In this document: positions 14,801-28,851 of the stretch, in pieces
How the letters are laid out: each line of letters starts with the position of its first letter
How positions within the stretch are numbered: the stretch's first letter is position 1
NCBI GenBank assembly: GCA_964016885.1
Contig: OZ024750.1
Span: forward strand, 50,158,001-50,222,000
Direction of reading: 5' to 3'
DNA: 64,000 nt
Source: Eledone cirrhosa
Taxonomy: Eukaryota
Notes under the pieces: model-generated
Database searches by the model: none
What the model saw: the letters and a program-made list of their open reading frames with translations, nothing else
What the model was told of the DNA's origin: nothing
Position numbers and translations under genes: made by a program

Positions 14801-16031
14801 CCACGAAGAACACGAACACACTGCACATCCTGTCTGTCACGCACCCTGACTAGGACGTAGTCCAAAAGATGCCATTCCTTAGATGCAGGATGCATCCATG
14901 TGGTCTTGAATTTGTTGTTTTGTTGGAACATGGTGTTGGTAACACACAGATCCATTCCTCACACATCTGCAGCAGGAGCATACCATTGTTGTTACACTTT
15001 CCCACCCCATGCCTTCCGATTACATTGCATGTGTTAAAATCCCTACCCACTCTAGCATTAAAGTCACCAAGCACGATGACTTTTTTTCTGCCCGAGGGAT
15101 ATTTCTTAAAACACCTTTCAAGGCATGGTAACAGGACACTTTTTCTTCATCGACAGAATTCATAGTTGGAGCATACACACTCACCAGGGTAGCATATCTT
15201 CCTTTGTCCAGCGGAACTCTCATGGACATAAGACGCTCACTAATCCCTACTGGGAATTCTTCTAATTTATTCACAAGTAGTCTTAACAGCAAATCCTACC
15301 CCAGCCTCTCTTCTGGTTCCTTCATCTCTTCCTTTCCAGAAGAATGTATATTCTCCACAAAATTCTGTAAGATGACCATCTCCAGCTAACCTCGTCTCAG
15401 ATAAAGCCACGATGTCAAGATCGTAACGTCGAAGCTCCTTTGCAACAAGAGCGGTCCTTCGTTCAGGACGTTCCAAGGAATTCCTGTCAAGTAGCGTCCG
15501 TAGGTTCCAGCAGCAAAGACTAAATGCCTTGTTTGGCTCTATTACAATGGCACGATGACGAGCGGGCCCCGGCTGTGATAACCTGGGGCCCCTGCCCTTA
15601 TTGCCAATTATCTTTTTTGTTCGAGAACCTAAATTGCCAATTATCTCTTTTATATTGTTCTGGAACATCATTGAATTGGAAAAAAAAAAAAAAAAAGTAA
15701 TAATAATAGTAATAATAATAATATTAATAGTACACTATTAATAATTATTAATGCACTCGTGCAATGCCTGTGCGTGACGAATATTTTTAAAGTGAGGAAA
15801 GACTGTGCACTGAGCCAATCCCACTCTCTGAGCGACAGTAGCTATAACCCGAAAAGAAGAAAAGATCAACATCATCGGTAACTACTGAGCTGCAGGTTTT
15901 ATGTCGGAGTTAACCCAGTTTCCTGAGATGCCTTCTCCTAGAAGAATGCCCTGACTAGGGCTAGGGGTTCTTAACTCCCAGTGGTTTATCTGCGCGATCG
16001 GGCATCCAGCCCGATTATTTCTATGTCCCCG
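11848..16031 (-). mobile_element. RTE-clade (BovB-like) LINE, near full length, decayed; 3' tail probably separated by microsatellites at 11890-12135
   Basis: APE domain (CWNLRTL, DIVALSETR, SVYAPT, LGDFNARVG, LDYVLV, TDHRLV) and RT (NYRGISLL, ESQSGFR, GVKQG, LLYADD, FVYLGS). Confidence 0.93.
12160..15570 (-). pseudogene. RTE ORF (APE-RT-C2H2 fingers) split by several frameshifts and stops
   Basis: ORF pieces 15267-15671, 15020-15292, 14850-15074, 13924-14955, 13679-13981 and 12307-13539 are collinear parts of one polyprotein. Confidence 0.9.
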
Positions 16032-16176
16032 CGCAAAAAAAAAAAAAAAAAATCACTTATTGACACTTATACGTACCACATACACACACGCGCATACATA
16101 TGCGCGCACACACACGCATACATACGCGCGCGCACAGCAACACTCATACATACAAACACACACACGCTACTCACTT

Positions 16177-16209
<33 letters not shown>

Positions 16210-16362
16210 AGTAAGATGTATGGTAGGACGTATGTGAATCGCGATAATCACGTCTGACTTACCAAATATGTGACGGTAGCTAGTTAAGCTCTATGCGTAT
16301 ACGCAGAACAGAAATATTAGTGAAAAAGAACAAAGGAACTATTATGACATTATAACAAGTTT

Positions 16363-16413
16363 ATTGCCGACAGCCGTTTCGTCCGACCCCATGGTGGGAC
16401 TTATCAAGGCATA
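16363..16413 (-). ncRNA. Type I hammerhead ribozyme, U3-A8 core variant
   Basis: Minus strand TGCC-TTGATAA-GTCC CACCATGGGGTC GGAC-GAAA-CGGCTG-TC-GGCA. Confidence 0.75.
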
Positions 16414-17334
16414 TAACATGTGATTGCAAGATCATTGTTTACATCAACGTATCACTCAAGGCTAGCTGTTTGAAATTGTTGTATACATCAGCAACTCCGC
16501 TTTAAGGGGGGGGGGCTCTTTTATATTAGTTGTCGGGGTCAGGGATTGAAGTTTAAAAATTAGACAAAAATATATAATTCACGCATCAACATTAAACCAA
16601 GAGACTTGGGGTCCCGCAGAAGCACCTCAGAAAATCCCTCAATGAGTGCATAAAGCTTACAGGCTCCAATACACCTATTAGTCTAGAAGAAAATTAAGAG
16701 GCTAATAAAATAAGAAAATAAAAATATAAAGTTTCCCTAAAAAATATATAGAGTTCCTATGAAATTTCTTCTAGAGAAAAAAATTTTTTCCGAAAGAAAA
16801 AAAACCTTCTTCCCCCGAGATCACGTTTACAAAATTCAGAAAACTGAATTGAAAACTAGGTTGAAAGAAACTAATCAATTAGAGGTTAATTCAGAGAGCC
16901 TTCCATAAATCTCTCAGAAAAGGCCCCTTTACTATTTACAATAGGAACTTCTTCCGAGAGACCCTTCGAAGAATTAAAATTTTAGAGATCCTTTGAGGAT
17001 AAATATAAAAACGAATTGAGGAAAATTATACATTAAAAGTTAAAAATTAAAAATTACGGTATTTGGGATATCCGAGGAATTTTCAAAGGGCTGCTTCAAC
17101 AGATACAGCCTAGGCATAATATGTACAATAATCTAAGCAATTTAAGCAATTTAATTAGGGAGCAATTCAGGGAGTTTATCAAGTTGGGCAAGATTAAAGA
17201 AAGTGGTAACTAAGAAAATACATAAGCAAAAAGACAATAATCATAAAATGTATCTTCAAGAAGGTACAAGGTAGCTTCAGTGATCTAACCCTGTATTATC
17301 ACAAAAAAACATTCTAAAATTATTGATACAGGAT

Positions 17335-17460
17335 TAAAAATTATTACAAAATCATTACAAAATTACCACAAAATCATTACAAAATTATCAAATCATCACA
17401 AAATTACCACAAAATCATTACAAAACTATCAAATTATCATAAAATTATCGCAAAATTATT
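17335..17460. repeat. Degenerate tandem repeat (AAAATTACCAC/AAAATCATTAC units)
   Basis: Direct inspection. Confidence 0.7.
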
Positions 17461-17539
17461 ATATATTACCGTCATTATGATACAAGATTACAAGATTATG
17501 TCAACTGTTGACTTTCAAGAGTTTGTATAGTTGAAGCCG

Positions 17540-17716
17540 ATCGTATTAGAGTCCAGTATTATTATAATTGCTTTACAGCATAGAGGTATGGCTCTCCACG
17601 TTCTGAGCTTAAATCCCGACGAGGTCAACCTTGCCTTTCATCCCCACGGAGTCAACAAAAGAGAGTACCAGTGATGCGCTGGGCCAGTCGCTGGATCCGT
17701 GCCAAAAGCAGAAAAA
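17540..17716 (+). mobile_element. Decayed tRNA-derived SINE (51279 family)
   Basis: TCTGAGCTTAAATCCCGACGAGGTCAACCTTGCCTTTCATCC. Confidence 0.6.
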
Positions 17717-17734
17717 TTATTATTATATACATAC

Positions 17735-17822
<88 letters not shown>

Positions 17823-17960
17823 CTGTATATATACTGTCTATAGTTATATATATATGTATATATATACTGTATATATATATATATATATACAAACATGTAT
17901 ATATATATACATACATATATATATGTATACATACATATATATATATATAAATAAATTATA

Positions 17961-18014
<54 letters not shown>

Positions 18015-18017
<3 letters not shown>

Positions 18018-18712
18018 AATATCTTTAAGTCGTTCGGAAGCCTCGACAATGCAAATGGGTAAAAATCCGGTTAACAAGATCCGGTGGTGGAGAGAGAGAT
18101 GTAAGTGGGTGTACGTTGAGATGCGTGGTGTGTATAAGATGTGTAATATGTGTAGAAGAATGAAGGGAAGAGTATAAAGGATAAAATAAAAATAAAAATA
18201 ACAACACAAGAGAGAGTTACCTTGGGAGAGATTTAATAGTCCCTATATATTTCGGATTCACATCCATCAACTGGGGGTATTTTACGGGGCGGTGGAAAAG
18301 GTTGTCTGTCGGACAGGTGCGAAACGCGTCCTCCGCTGTTTCAAAACAACAAACAGCGGAGGACGCGTTTCGTACCTGTCCGACAGACATTTTCCCCCAC
18401 CCCGGCAAATACCCCCAGTTGATGGATGTGAATCCGAAATATATAGGGACTATTAAATCTCTCCCAAGTAACTCTCTCTTGTGTTGTTATTTTTATTTTT
18501 ATTTTCTCCTTTATAATCTTCCCTTAATTCTTCTACACATCCTACACATATTATACACACCACGCATCTCAACAAACACCCACTTACATCTCTCTCTCCG
18601 CCACCGGATCCTGTTACCCGGAGATTTACAAATTTGCATTGTCGAGGCTTCCAACCGACTTAAAGATATTTACTTATTATTCCACAATGCTTCAAGCAAA
18701 CTTCAATACTCT

Positions 18713-18715
<3 letters not shown>
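18015..18715. mobile_element. Family G fold-back element; ~325-bp arms 18015-18340 and 18350-18673
   Basis: Diverged inverted repeat in (TA)n; single-arm copy at 55341-55796. Confidence 0.88.
18408..18454 (+). ncRNA. HHR-like motif with atypical CAGUUGA core, family G (also 18235-18281 on - and 55540-55581 on +)
   Basis: AATA-CCCC-CAGTTGA-T GGAT GTGA ATCC-GAAA-TATA-TA-GGG-AC-TATT. Confidence 0.55.
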
Positions 18716-18796
<81 letters not shown>

Positions 18797-18797
<1 letters not shown>

Positions 18798-18920
18798 GTT
18801 ATTCCGGGTTGAATCGGAGGTAACCACAGTAAGTAAGGTACTCAATACATAGCAGAGTATAACAGTATGATTTCTAATGAATGAAACAGTTCTAGTCCTG
18901 TAGAATCTCATCTATATTAA

Positions 18921-18924
<4 letters not shown>
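18797..18924. mobile_element. Family C fold-back fragment, copy 2
   Basis: Homology to 2094-2230. Confidence 0.7.
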
Positions 18925-18995
<71 letters not shown>

Positions 18996-19114
18996 TATAA
19001 CACGCACTATTCTTCTTTCTTCTCATGTTTTTTATATACATATATATATATACATGTATATATATATACATATATACAGTATATATACAGATATATATAT
19101 ATACATATATATAC

Positions 19115-19149
<35 letters not shown>

Positions 19150-19179
19150 TGTATATATGTATATATGTATATATGTATG

Positions 19180-20083
<904 letters not shown>

Positions 20084-20116
20084 TATATATATATATATGC
20101 ATATATATATATGTAA

Positions 20117-20367
20117 GTGGAGGTACGTGGCTTAGTTGTAAGAGTGTTGGACTTACGATCATAATGTCGTGGGTTCGATTCATTTCACGTTGCTCCAGTG
20201 TACACAGCTGATAATGAGTACCAGCAATAGCTGAGGTTTAAACCTGCGATGGACTGGTGTCCTGTCCAGGGGGGGAGTCTTGTACTCTCAGTCGCTTCAT
20301 GCCATGAAACTGGGATAACCACCGGCCAAATGAGCCTTCTGGCTTAAGACAGACTTTAGACTTTAGA
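20117..20367 (+). mobile_element. tRNA-derived SINE with V-domain-like body (internal deletion)
   Basis: A-box TGGCTTAGTTG, B-box GGTTCGATTC, CCTGCGATGGACTGGTGTCCTGTCCAGGGG, (ACTTTAG)2 tail. Confidence 0.75.
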
Positions 20368-20375
20368 TACATATG

Positions 20376-20406
<31 letters not shown>

Positions 20407-20780
20407 ATCTGAAAATGTGTAAGGTTGTATACAACACAGATGTTATAGGAAAAAGTAAGGATGGAAATAGCACGGAAGCATATTTAAAGTATCTTTTTTT
20501 TTCATATTTTCTTTTTCAATCCGACAAAGTGATTAATGGAAAAAAGAGAAAAACGTATTCTATAAGAATCAAACATTCATGATTTTCAGCAATCAGGCGG
20601 AGTACTTAGCTTTGATAAGCACCAAAAATTGCGAAACAGAGGTCTGTCAGCTTTATCTCCCAGGTTTGCTGAAAATTAATGTAAGTCAGACTGTCACTAC
20701 TCTAAAATAACAGCGTAAGGTCTTCGAAATGCTTTTAACTAAGCATACAGTGTATTGCAAAATACGCTATATATACATTG

Positions 20781-20813
<33 letters not shown>

Positions 20814-20820
20814 TATATAG

Positions 20821-20908
<88 letters not shown>

Positions 20909-20914
<6 letters not shown>

Positions 20915-21606
20915 GTGAGGTTTTTTTTACAAAATGAAAAATAACCGAGGTGTCCTACACGAGTGAAAGTATAAAGAAAACAGATGAAATCGAAAATGCA
21001 ACTGGAGTCTTATTTTTTTTTAAAATATATATATTATTTGGTTCCTTTACCGGTTTCGCAGTTCTTCTGCTTTTCAAAAGGTGAGTTGAGGTGGAGGGTC
21101 TGTGGTTTTTCTCACATCTGGTTGGTCTCTGAATGTTACTTGTTTTATATGGAAAAAGTGGCTCGAAATGCCAGGTTTTTCGAGAAGTAATTTGATTGGT
21201 TTGTCAATAATTATAATAAATTTCGCGCCAGTTCGCGTTACAATAGTTCTTCAAATAAGACGGGGGGTTGTCGCAGGTTGTTTTTTCATATATGAGTGTT
21301 TGAATTTCTTTTTACTTGAAAAAAGGAGGCTCACGAAGTCTTTTTTTTGGTTGGTTACAAATGAAATTATGGCTGTCACGTGAACAAATTTTCATTAAAT
21401 TTTTGTGCCCTTATTTGGAAATCCATTCTGTAGCCTTTTTAGAGAAAATTTGTTGATAAGTGATAAGATAATGGTCAAGAGAAAGGGATGGGAGAATTGT
21501 TCTGGTTCAGTGAATAGGGTTAGTTCGCGGGGGTGTCAGAATTCAGATTTTCTATTGAATAAAGAAAGTAAAGATATGTGTGTTTATTTGTGTGCTTGTG
21601 TGTGTG

Positions 21607-21646
<40 letters not shown>

Positions 21647-21702
21647 AATTTCTTTACTTTAAAAAAAGGTGGCTCACGAGGTTTTTTTAAAGTAAAGAAA
21701 TT

Positions 21703-21733
<31 letters not shown>

Positions 21734-21970
21734 GTACACACACACACAAGCACACAAATAAACACACATAGCTTTACTTTCTTTATTCAATAGAAAATCT
21801 GAATTCTGACACCCCAGCGAACTAACCATATTCACTGTACCAGAACAATTCTCCCATCCCTTTCTCTTGACCATTATCTTATCACTTATCAAAAAATTCT
21901 CTAAAAAGGCTACAGAATGGATTTCCAAATAAGGGCACAAAAATTTAATGAAAATTTGTTCACTTGACAG
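20909..21970. mobile_element. Family I PLE 3' UTR on - strand (HHR 21044-21081) with fold-back arms ~21381-21667 and ~21684-21970
   Basis: Reverse complement of ~30070-30795. Confidence 0.85.
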
Positions 21971-22656
21971 CGGACTATATGTACTTGAATTAAGGTATTT
22001 CTATCTGGCTAAAAAATTATTGTCATTTTGCAAAAACACATTAGTGTTGATCATATTTTTTTAAAATTGTAATGTAATGCTCAGAAATATTTTCTTATAG
22101 CTTAAGTATTGTATTTGACTTCTAAATTGAAATAAATCTGCTCCTCCGGTAGAGCTGAATTCATAATCCCATATTTACGGCTGTTATTTCTAGCGCCATG
22201 GATATGAGCCAGAACGCTGAGAAGGTCGTGTGCAAAAGCACATGTATTAGGCTTGCGACAGATCAGTCTTAAGATTATTATCTTAGAAGAAATGAGTATA
22301 ATTTTCTGGGTGCCTATTGAAAATCACAGAAAATTCATTACTTCACTAATAATTATTTTATAAATAGTTGTTCTGTAATTAATTAAGTATTTCATTAGTT
22401 TGCCATCCCTTGTGAAACAGATTTATGTTTTGAAATTCCGACCGATCTGCTGAAGAGGTTTGAATTTTGAAATTTAAACTTGTCTAGGCACCAGGCAGTT
22501 GCCATTTTACGTCTGTAAGTATAGATTTAATATTTAATATTTTCTAGATCGATACAGGCGGACTATATGTACTTGAATTAAGGTATTTCTATCTGGCTAA
22601 AAAACTATTGTCATTTTGCAAAAACACATTAGTGTTGATCATATGTTTTTAAATTG

Positions 22657-22660
<4 letters not shown>
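21970..22660. repeat. Family J terminally redundant unit (period ~548)
   Basis: GCGGACTATATGTACTTGAATT..AATTGTAAT at ~21970-22073 and again from ~22518; ends in (TA)n. Confidence 0.75.
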
Positions 22661-22702
<42 letters not shown>

Positions 22703-22937
22703 AATATAAGATCAAAAGATGGTTAAAGGAGTTCCATGTATTTTATTATGCGCATTTCAAAAACAAACATCATCATGCAATAATATTTGTGTTTTCATCA
22801 GATAAAACAGGAGAACATGATATGAAGGCTAAAAAACACTTGTGGATAGTGCAGTTTAAATCAACATATATGTAGGGTGCTTCTTATCCGATATCTGCAT
22901 TGCTTTATTGTACTACAATAAAACTCACCTCCTACAT

Positions 22938-22971
<34 letters not shown>

Positions 22972-22993
22972 TATATGTATACATACATATATG

Positions 22994-23087
<94 letters not shown>

Positions 23088-23205
23088 TATAAGAGGCTTA
23101 GCTCTGTTTCTCGACCGTTATATCGCGTGACTATCTCCCCCTCCGCCTTTTGGGATTCTTTCTCACGTCGTGTAGACGCGTTCTTGAGACTAGTAAAATG
23201 AGGTA

Positions 23206-23293
23206 TCCTCTTGATAAGTCGGCAGACCTCGCAAGGACTCTATATCTTTGATATATTGTTTTTGTTTATGCCACGAAACTACGTAGTCGAGGA
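23206..23293 (+). ncRNA. Type I hammerhead ribozyme (U3-A8), family K copy 1
   Basis: TCCTC-TTGATAA-GTcGGCA..TGCCAC-GAAA-CTACGTAG-TC-GAGGA; GUC site, cut after 23288. Confidence 0.85.
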
Positions 23294-23796
23294 ATTTAGG
23301 AACAGTTTAGGTATGATACATTTTATTACTAATTATATCTAAATGTTTCTTCTCTCTTCATAATGTATTTTTAACTCTGATACTGGTTCAGTCTGGTTCA
23401 AACTGAATTGGTCTGTCCCAGTCATTCATTGAGCAACATCGGTGAAGTTGGCACCCTTAACTCACAGTTGGGTGCGGATGCATTCATGTATATATGTGTG
23501 TGTCCGCATGTATCTGTGTGTTTCTAAATGTATTAATAACTCCCTCTGGTCGAGCAATCTTTGAAGTGTGGGGACGGCTGGAAGGCTTCCATTACTCATG
23601 CTTCTCGCCTTCTTCACTACCTCTTCTACGGCCTCGATATGAATACCCCCTCCGCCTCCGTGGTATTTTTTTCGTGGTTATAAGAGGCTTAGCTCTGTTT
23701 CTCGACCGTTATATCGCGTGACTATCTCCCCCTCCGCCTTTTGGGATTCTTTCTCACGTCGTGTAGACGCGTTCTTGAGACTAGTAAAATGAGGTA

Positions 23797-23884
23797 TCCT
23801 CTTGATAAGTCGGCAGACCTCGCAAGGACTCTATATCTTTGATATATTGTTTTTGTTTATGCCACGAAACTACGTAGTCGAGGA
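23797..23884 (+). ncRNA. Type I hammerhead ribozyme (U3-A8), family K copy 2
   Basis: Identical to 23206-23293; cut after 23879. Confidence 0.85.
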
Positions 23885-23950
23885 ATTTAGGAACAGTTTA
23901 GGTATGATACATTTTATTACTAATTATATCTAAATGTTTCTTCTCTCTTC

Positions 23951-24400
<450 letters not shown>

Positions 24401-25424
24401 TATATATGTACATGTATATATATATATATATACACATATCTGAAAATGGGTAAGGCTGTATACAAATTTGATGTTATAGAAAAAAGTAGGATGGAAACAG
24501 CACGGAAGTATATTTAACGTATCTTTTTATTTCCATATTTTCTTTTTCAATCCGACAAAATGATTAATGGAAAAAAGGAAAAAAAACGTATTTTTTTAAA
24601 AGGTATTTTATAAAATATATAAAATATATTAAATGTTACCGGCTTCGATGTAAGTTATCTTATCAAATACTAGCAGTAAAGAACGGCGTTGCTCGGGGCT
24701 GCTCATCATCTACGTTAAACTTACAATGTTAAGTTCCTTTCTTGGCTTAAAAACTGTAGAATCTACAGTGTAGACTTTCATGCGGTACTTTTGATTATTA
24801 ACGTAAATAGATAAGCGAATGACGCCATACAAGGGAAATAACTCGTCTCTCATATCTATTTATACATTTATACATTTGAACTTAAAAATCAATACATTAC
24901 AAATTCGATTTTTGCACTTGGCGTGGGTCGATTTGAACATTTCTTTGACCGATGTCTCCGCCGGACCTTCATCTATAAGTGTAGCAATGTCACCGAAATG
25001 TTAACGTACGTTTAGGAGGAGATGTGTGCCGACCGTTTTAGTAGACATACAACCTCAGTATTATATATATATATTAAATGTTAAGAATTAAAAATTTAGA
25101 GTTGAAGAAGATTTGTTCCTATTTCGTGTTGAGAGGATGAATGGGTCATTTTAGAAAAAAATACTTTATATATATATATACACTACGTAGGTGGAAATAG
25201 TGGCATAGGAAGAAGAATTCATTTATATATGTGTGTATTTCTATTGTGTTAAGATAGAGGTCACAGGTTGAGAGGAAGTGGGAGGACAGTAGATATAAAC
25301 AGGGAATAAGTGTTTTGGCTTCAGTAATAATTTCGGGTATGGTGGAGAGAGAGATATAAGATTTTCAAAGAACTTTCTATTTTAGCAATATGTTTTGAGA
25401 GGGTATGTGCATGTGGATGCGTGA

Positions 25425-25467
<43 letters not shown>

Positions 25468-25585
25468 GTGTGTGTGTGTCTGTGTATGATGTGTGTGTGT
25501 GTATATGTCTGTGAGTGTGATGGGATCAAATCATGTCAGAGAAATATCTTTTAGGAAAATATGTCTTGGTTTGTTTTAGGTAAAA

Positions 25586-25622
<37 letters not shown>

Positions 25623-25625
<3 letters not shown>

Positions 25626-27155
25626 GAGGTTATATTAAATTTGTTGGGATTCAACAAGTTTAAACATTTGTATAACTGATATAAAGCACTCAACAATCTA
25701 GTGGAGTAAATATATATATATTAATAAATGGAAACTATATTTATAAGACCATATTTATTTTATTATACATATTTCAAGGGCTACAAAGGCAAATTATGGT
25801 GCGCTTTCATCACATAAAATACACATTTGTTTTATAAATAAATATTGATATACCCGGAAAAAAGACAACCTTAACGGTTGGAGCTTCCTGGATAGTGGAG
25901 ATAGTACATTTATTGAGAGTGATACAAAGTTATGAGTGAGTATGCAAATGAGTGTCGCGAAGGTTGAAACGTTAACGGTTTATTTAAATTAAACTGTTGG
26001 AAGAAGATGATATGTAAGGGAGAGAGAAAAAAAAGAAAAAAAGAAAACAGAAAGGAGAAAGATAGAAGAGGAAAGAAAGAACGATTATATATATTGATAG
26101 TGAAAATAGAGTGCATGAAGAAATGAGTTTTAAAGGATAAATATACACAGCGTAAGTATATCTAAGTGAAAGAAGAAATGAGATTAACGTGGAAGAATAA
26201 TATTTATAATGCAGGGTTCATCACGTTTTGATTATAATATTTAAAATGATAGGTTGAAAAATTAGATTAAAGTTAAAGTAAAATTAAAAATTAGAAATCA
26301 AAATTAAAGATTAAAATTTACCTTAATATTAAAGTTTTAATTTAATAATGTTATATTAATAATTAGTTTAAATGTGTATGTTAAGGATCATAAATTATTT
26401 AAATACATATATAGTATTTTACATTAGAGCAAATCTAGTATAGTTTATTCTATTAAAAGTTGTAAGTCAAAATTTAAACATCCAAATAATTCTAAAGTGT
26501 AAAGGAAATTAGAAGTGATTTTTTAAGAACTCAGATGACTCTAGGGATTAAATGTTATAAAGTTAAAAAGTTAAAAATATTTTATCTTAAGAATGTAATT
26601 AAAACATGAACTATATGTTATTTTATACGAAGTCATAAATTTACTTGCTATAAAGATAAAAAATTTAAAAAATGTATCTTAAGAATATATTTAAAGCATA
26701 AACCATAGGTTATTCCACATATATATAAAAAAAAACTATATATAAAAATCATATGTTTTTCCACATATATATAAACATGTGTATATATATATATTAAAAA
26801 CGTTTGAAGATATAAAAATATAAAAATATTGGAAGGCATGAAAATAATAGTTTTTCTATATCTTTCAAAGGAATTTTCAAAAGATTTTTCTTAAAACCTT
26901 CCGTATGTTTTTCAAGAAAAGATTTTTCTTAAAGGAGTTTCAAGTAGTCATATAAAAACATGTTATAATCTATTGATAGGTGTAATAATATAAAGTATAC
27001 AGTATATATATTTGAGGTAGAGTTAATAGAAAGTAAATTAAATATATGAATCATATATCGATATAGAAGACATTATGTAAAGGAGATAAATCATATATTA
27101 CATTTTATATATATATTTAAAAGTTGAGTTTAAACGATGTTTGCAGGAACTAAAT
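25623..27155 (-). mobile_element. Inverted 3' portion of the adjacent PLE (ORF end, probable long 3' UTR, family A terminus with decayed HHR 25756-25821)
   Basis: 27049-27155 is the reverse complement of 28650-28752; 25623-25880 matches family A. Confidence 0.65.
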
Positions 27156-27159
27156 TAAT

Positions 27160-28752
27160 TATTTCGTCCTTACATATGCATTTAAATATACAGATTTAAC
27201 TAGCAATGAAATGCACATTATCTTAACTGCACGTAAAATATTAATTTAATGTAGCAACCAACCTTGGACTAGAGCTGACATGCATAATAATTTCGATATC
27301 AATATGGGGTCATCGGACTCGGTGCAATTAACGGATATTGTGGGGCTTTTTATTAACAATACTTTATATAGGAAAATACCGGAGATGACCGGTGGTCTAT
27401 ATCATGACGATATGCTATAAAATAAAAATAATTGTGAAATAAATAGGAAAAGAAATAATTGTTTCTACTTTAGGCACAAGGCCAGCAATTACCCAGTGCA
27501 TTACTGGTACTTTATTTTATCGACCCCGTAAGGATGAAAGGCAAAGTCAACCTCGGCGGGATTTGAACTCAGATCGTAAAGGGACGTAACTATGCTGGAA
27601 AGCAAGGCGTCCGACCCTCTACCGATACTGCCAATCCACCGCCCAATAGGAAAAGAAATAATACAATTTTTTTAATAGCGTTAATCTTAAAGTAGAAGTA
27701 GAGAATAATTATGAAATATTAAATTTTGTAGATGTAACTTTACACCTTAACACTGGTCTTTATTATCCATTTCATAAAATAAACGAGAATTTAAACTATG
27801 TTAACTTTAACTCCAATCAGATCCGTTAAAAACACTACTGTAAATTCTGTGCAGAAACGTATTTCTAGAATTTCAGCGAATAAAAATATATTTGAAGATA
27901 AGGCACAATATTATAACGAAGTGTTAGGTAGAGCAGGCTATAGTAATAAAATTAAATACATTGACAATAAGAATGTGCCAATTAACCATAACTATAAATA
28001 TAATTATAATAGAAAACCTTGCACTAGCTCGAAAAAAAAATAAAAAAATAAAACTAGAAATATATTATGGTTCGCTCCCTCTTTCTCATTAAGTATTAAA
28101 ACTCATATTGCTAAATTATTCTTTAAAGCTCTAGATAGGTGCTTTCCTATCTTTAATAGACATACTATTAAACTCTCATATTCCACCACTATGAATTTAG
28201 CGCAGAATATTAATAGAATTAATAATAGAAATGTAAAACCTAACCAGTATAGCATTAATACCCCTAGCAATATCCAATATAATGTTACGGCTCCCAATAA
28301 TATAAATTTAGATAAATGTAATTGTAGAAATAAATCTAACTGTCCTCTAAATGATAATTGTTTAGTTAAAAATATAGTATACAATTGTAATGTCAAAACA
28401 AATGAAAACTCCTTTAACTATGTCGGCTCTACTTCCGCAGACATCAAATCTCGTTTTAATAATCATAAATGTCCTTTACGAACATTGGTAAAACATCTTC
28501 AACTTCTCTATCTAACTTATTATGGGACTTGCAATCCAAGAATATTAACTATTCTTTACACTGCTTTATCCCAAAATTGCTCACTTTGCGGTGAAGAAAT
28601 ATTCTTTATACTAAAAAGTAAGAACTCTATTAATTTGCGAAATAATTTATTTAGTTCCTGCAAACATCGTTTAAACTCAACAGTTAAATATATATATAAA
28701 ATGTAATATATGATATCTCCTTTACATAATGTCTTCTATATCTATATATGAT
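27160..28752 (+). pseudogene. Decayed PLE, Hydra-clade-like (CxCx5C linker), RT + GIY-YIG
   Basis: FDINMGSSDS..DIVGL, GGLYHDD, NFVDVTL, ILWFAP, CNCRNKSNCPL..CL..IVY..YVGST, CSLC..E, SCKH. Confidence 0.85.
27460..27644 (-). mobile_element. tRNA-derived SINE (51279 family) nested in the PLE with an 18-bp TSD
   Basis: TSD AATAGGAAAAGAAATAAT at 27442-27459 and 27645-27662. Confidence 0.9.
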
Positions 28753-28765
28753 TATATATATATAT

Positions 28766-28847
<82 letters not shown>

Positions 28848-28851
<4 letters not shown>

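Noticed and set aside
18305-18340. GAAACGCGTC hammerhead 3' half near the family G centre
   Set aside because: No CUGANGA-like box or matching helix I upstream on that strand
20984-21383. Recurrent ORF VPLPVSQFFCFSKGELRWRVC (also at 28915 and 30403)
   Set aside because: Antisense reading of the family I non-coding 3' UTR
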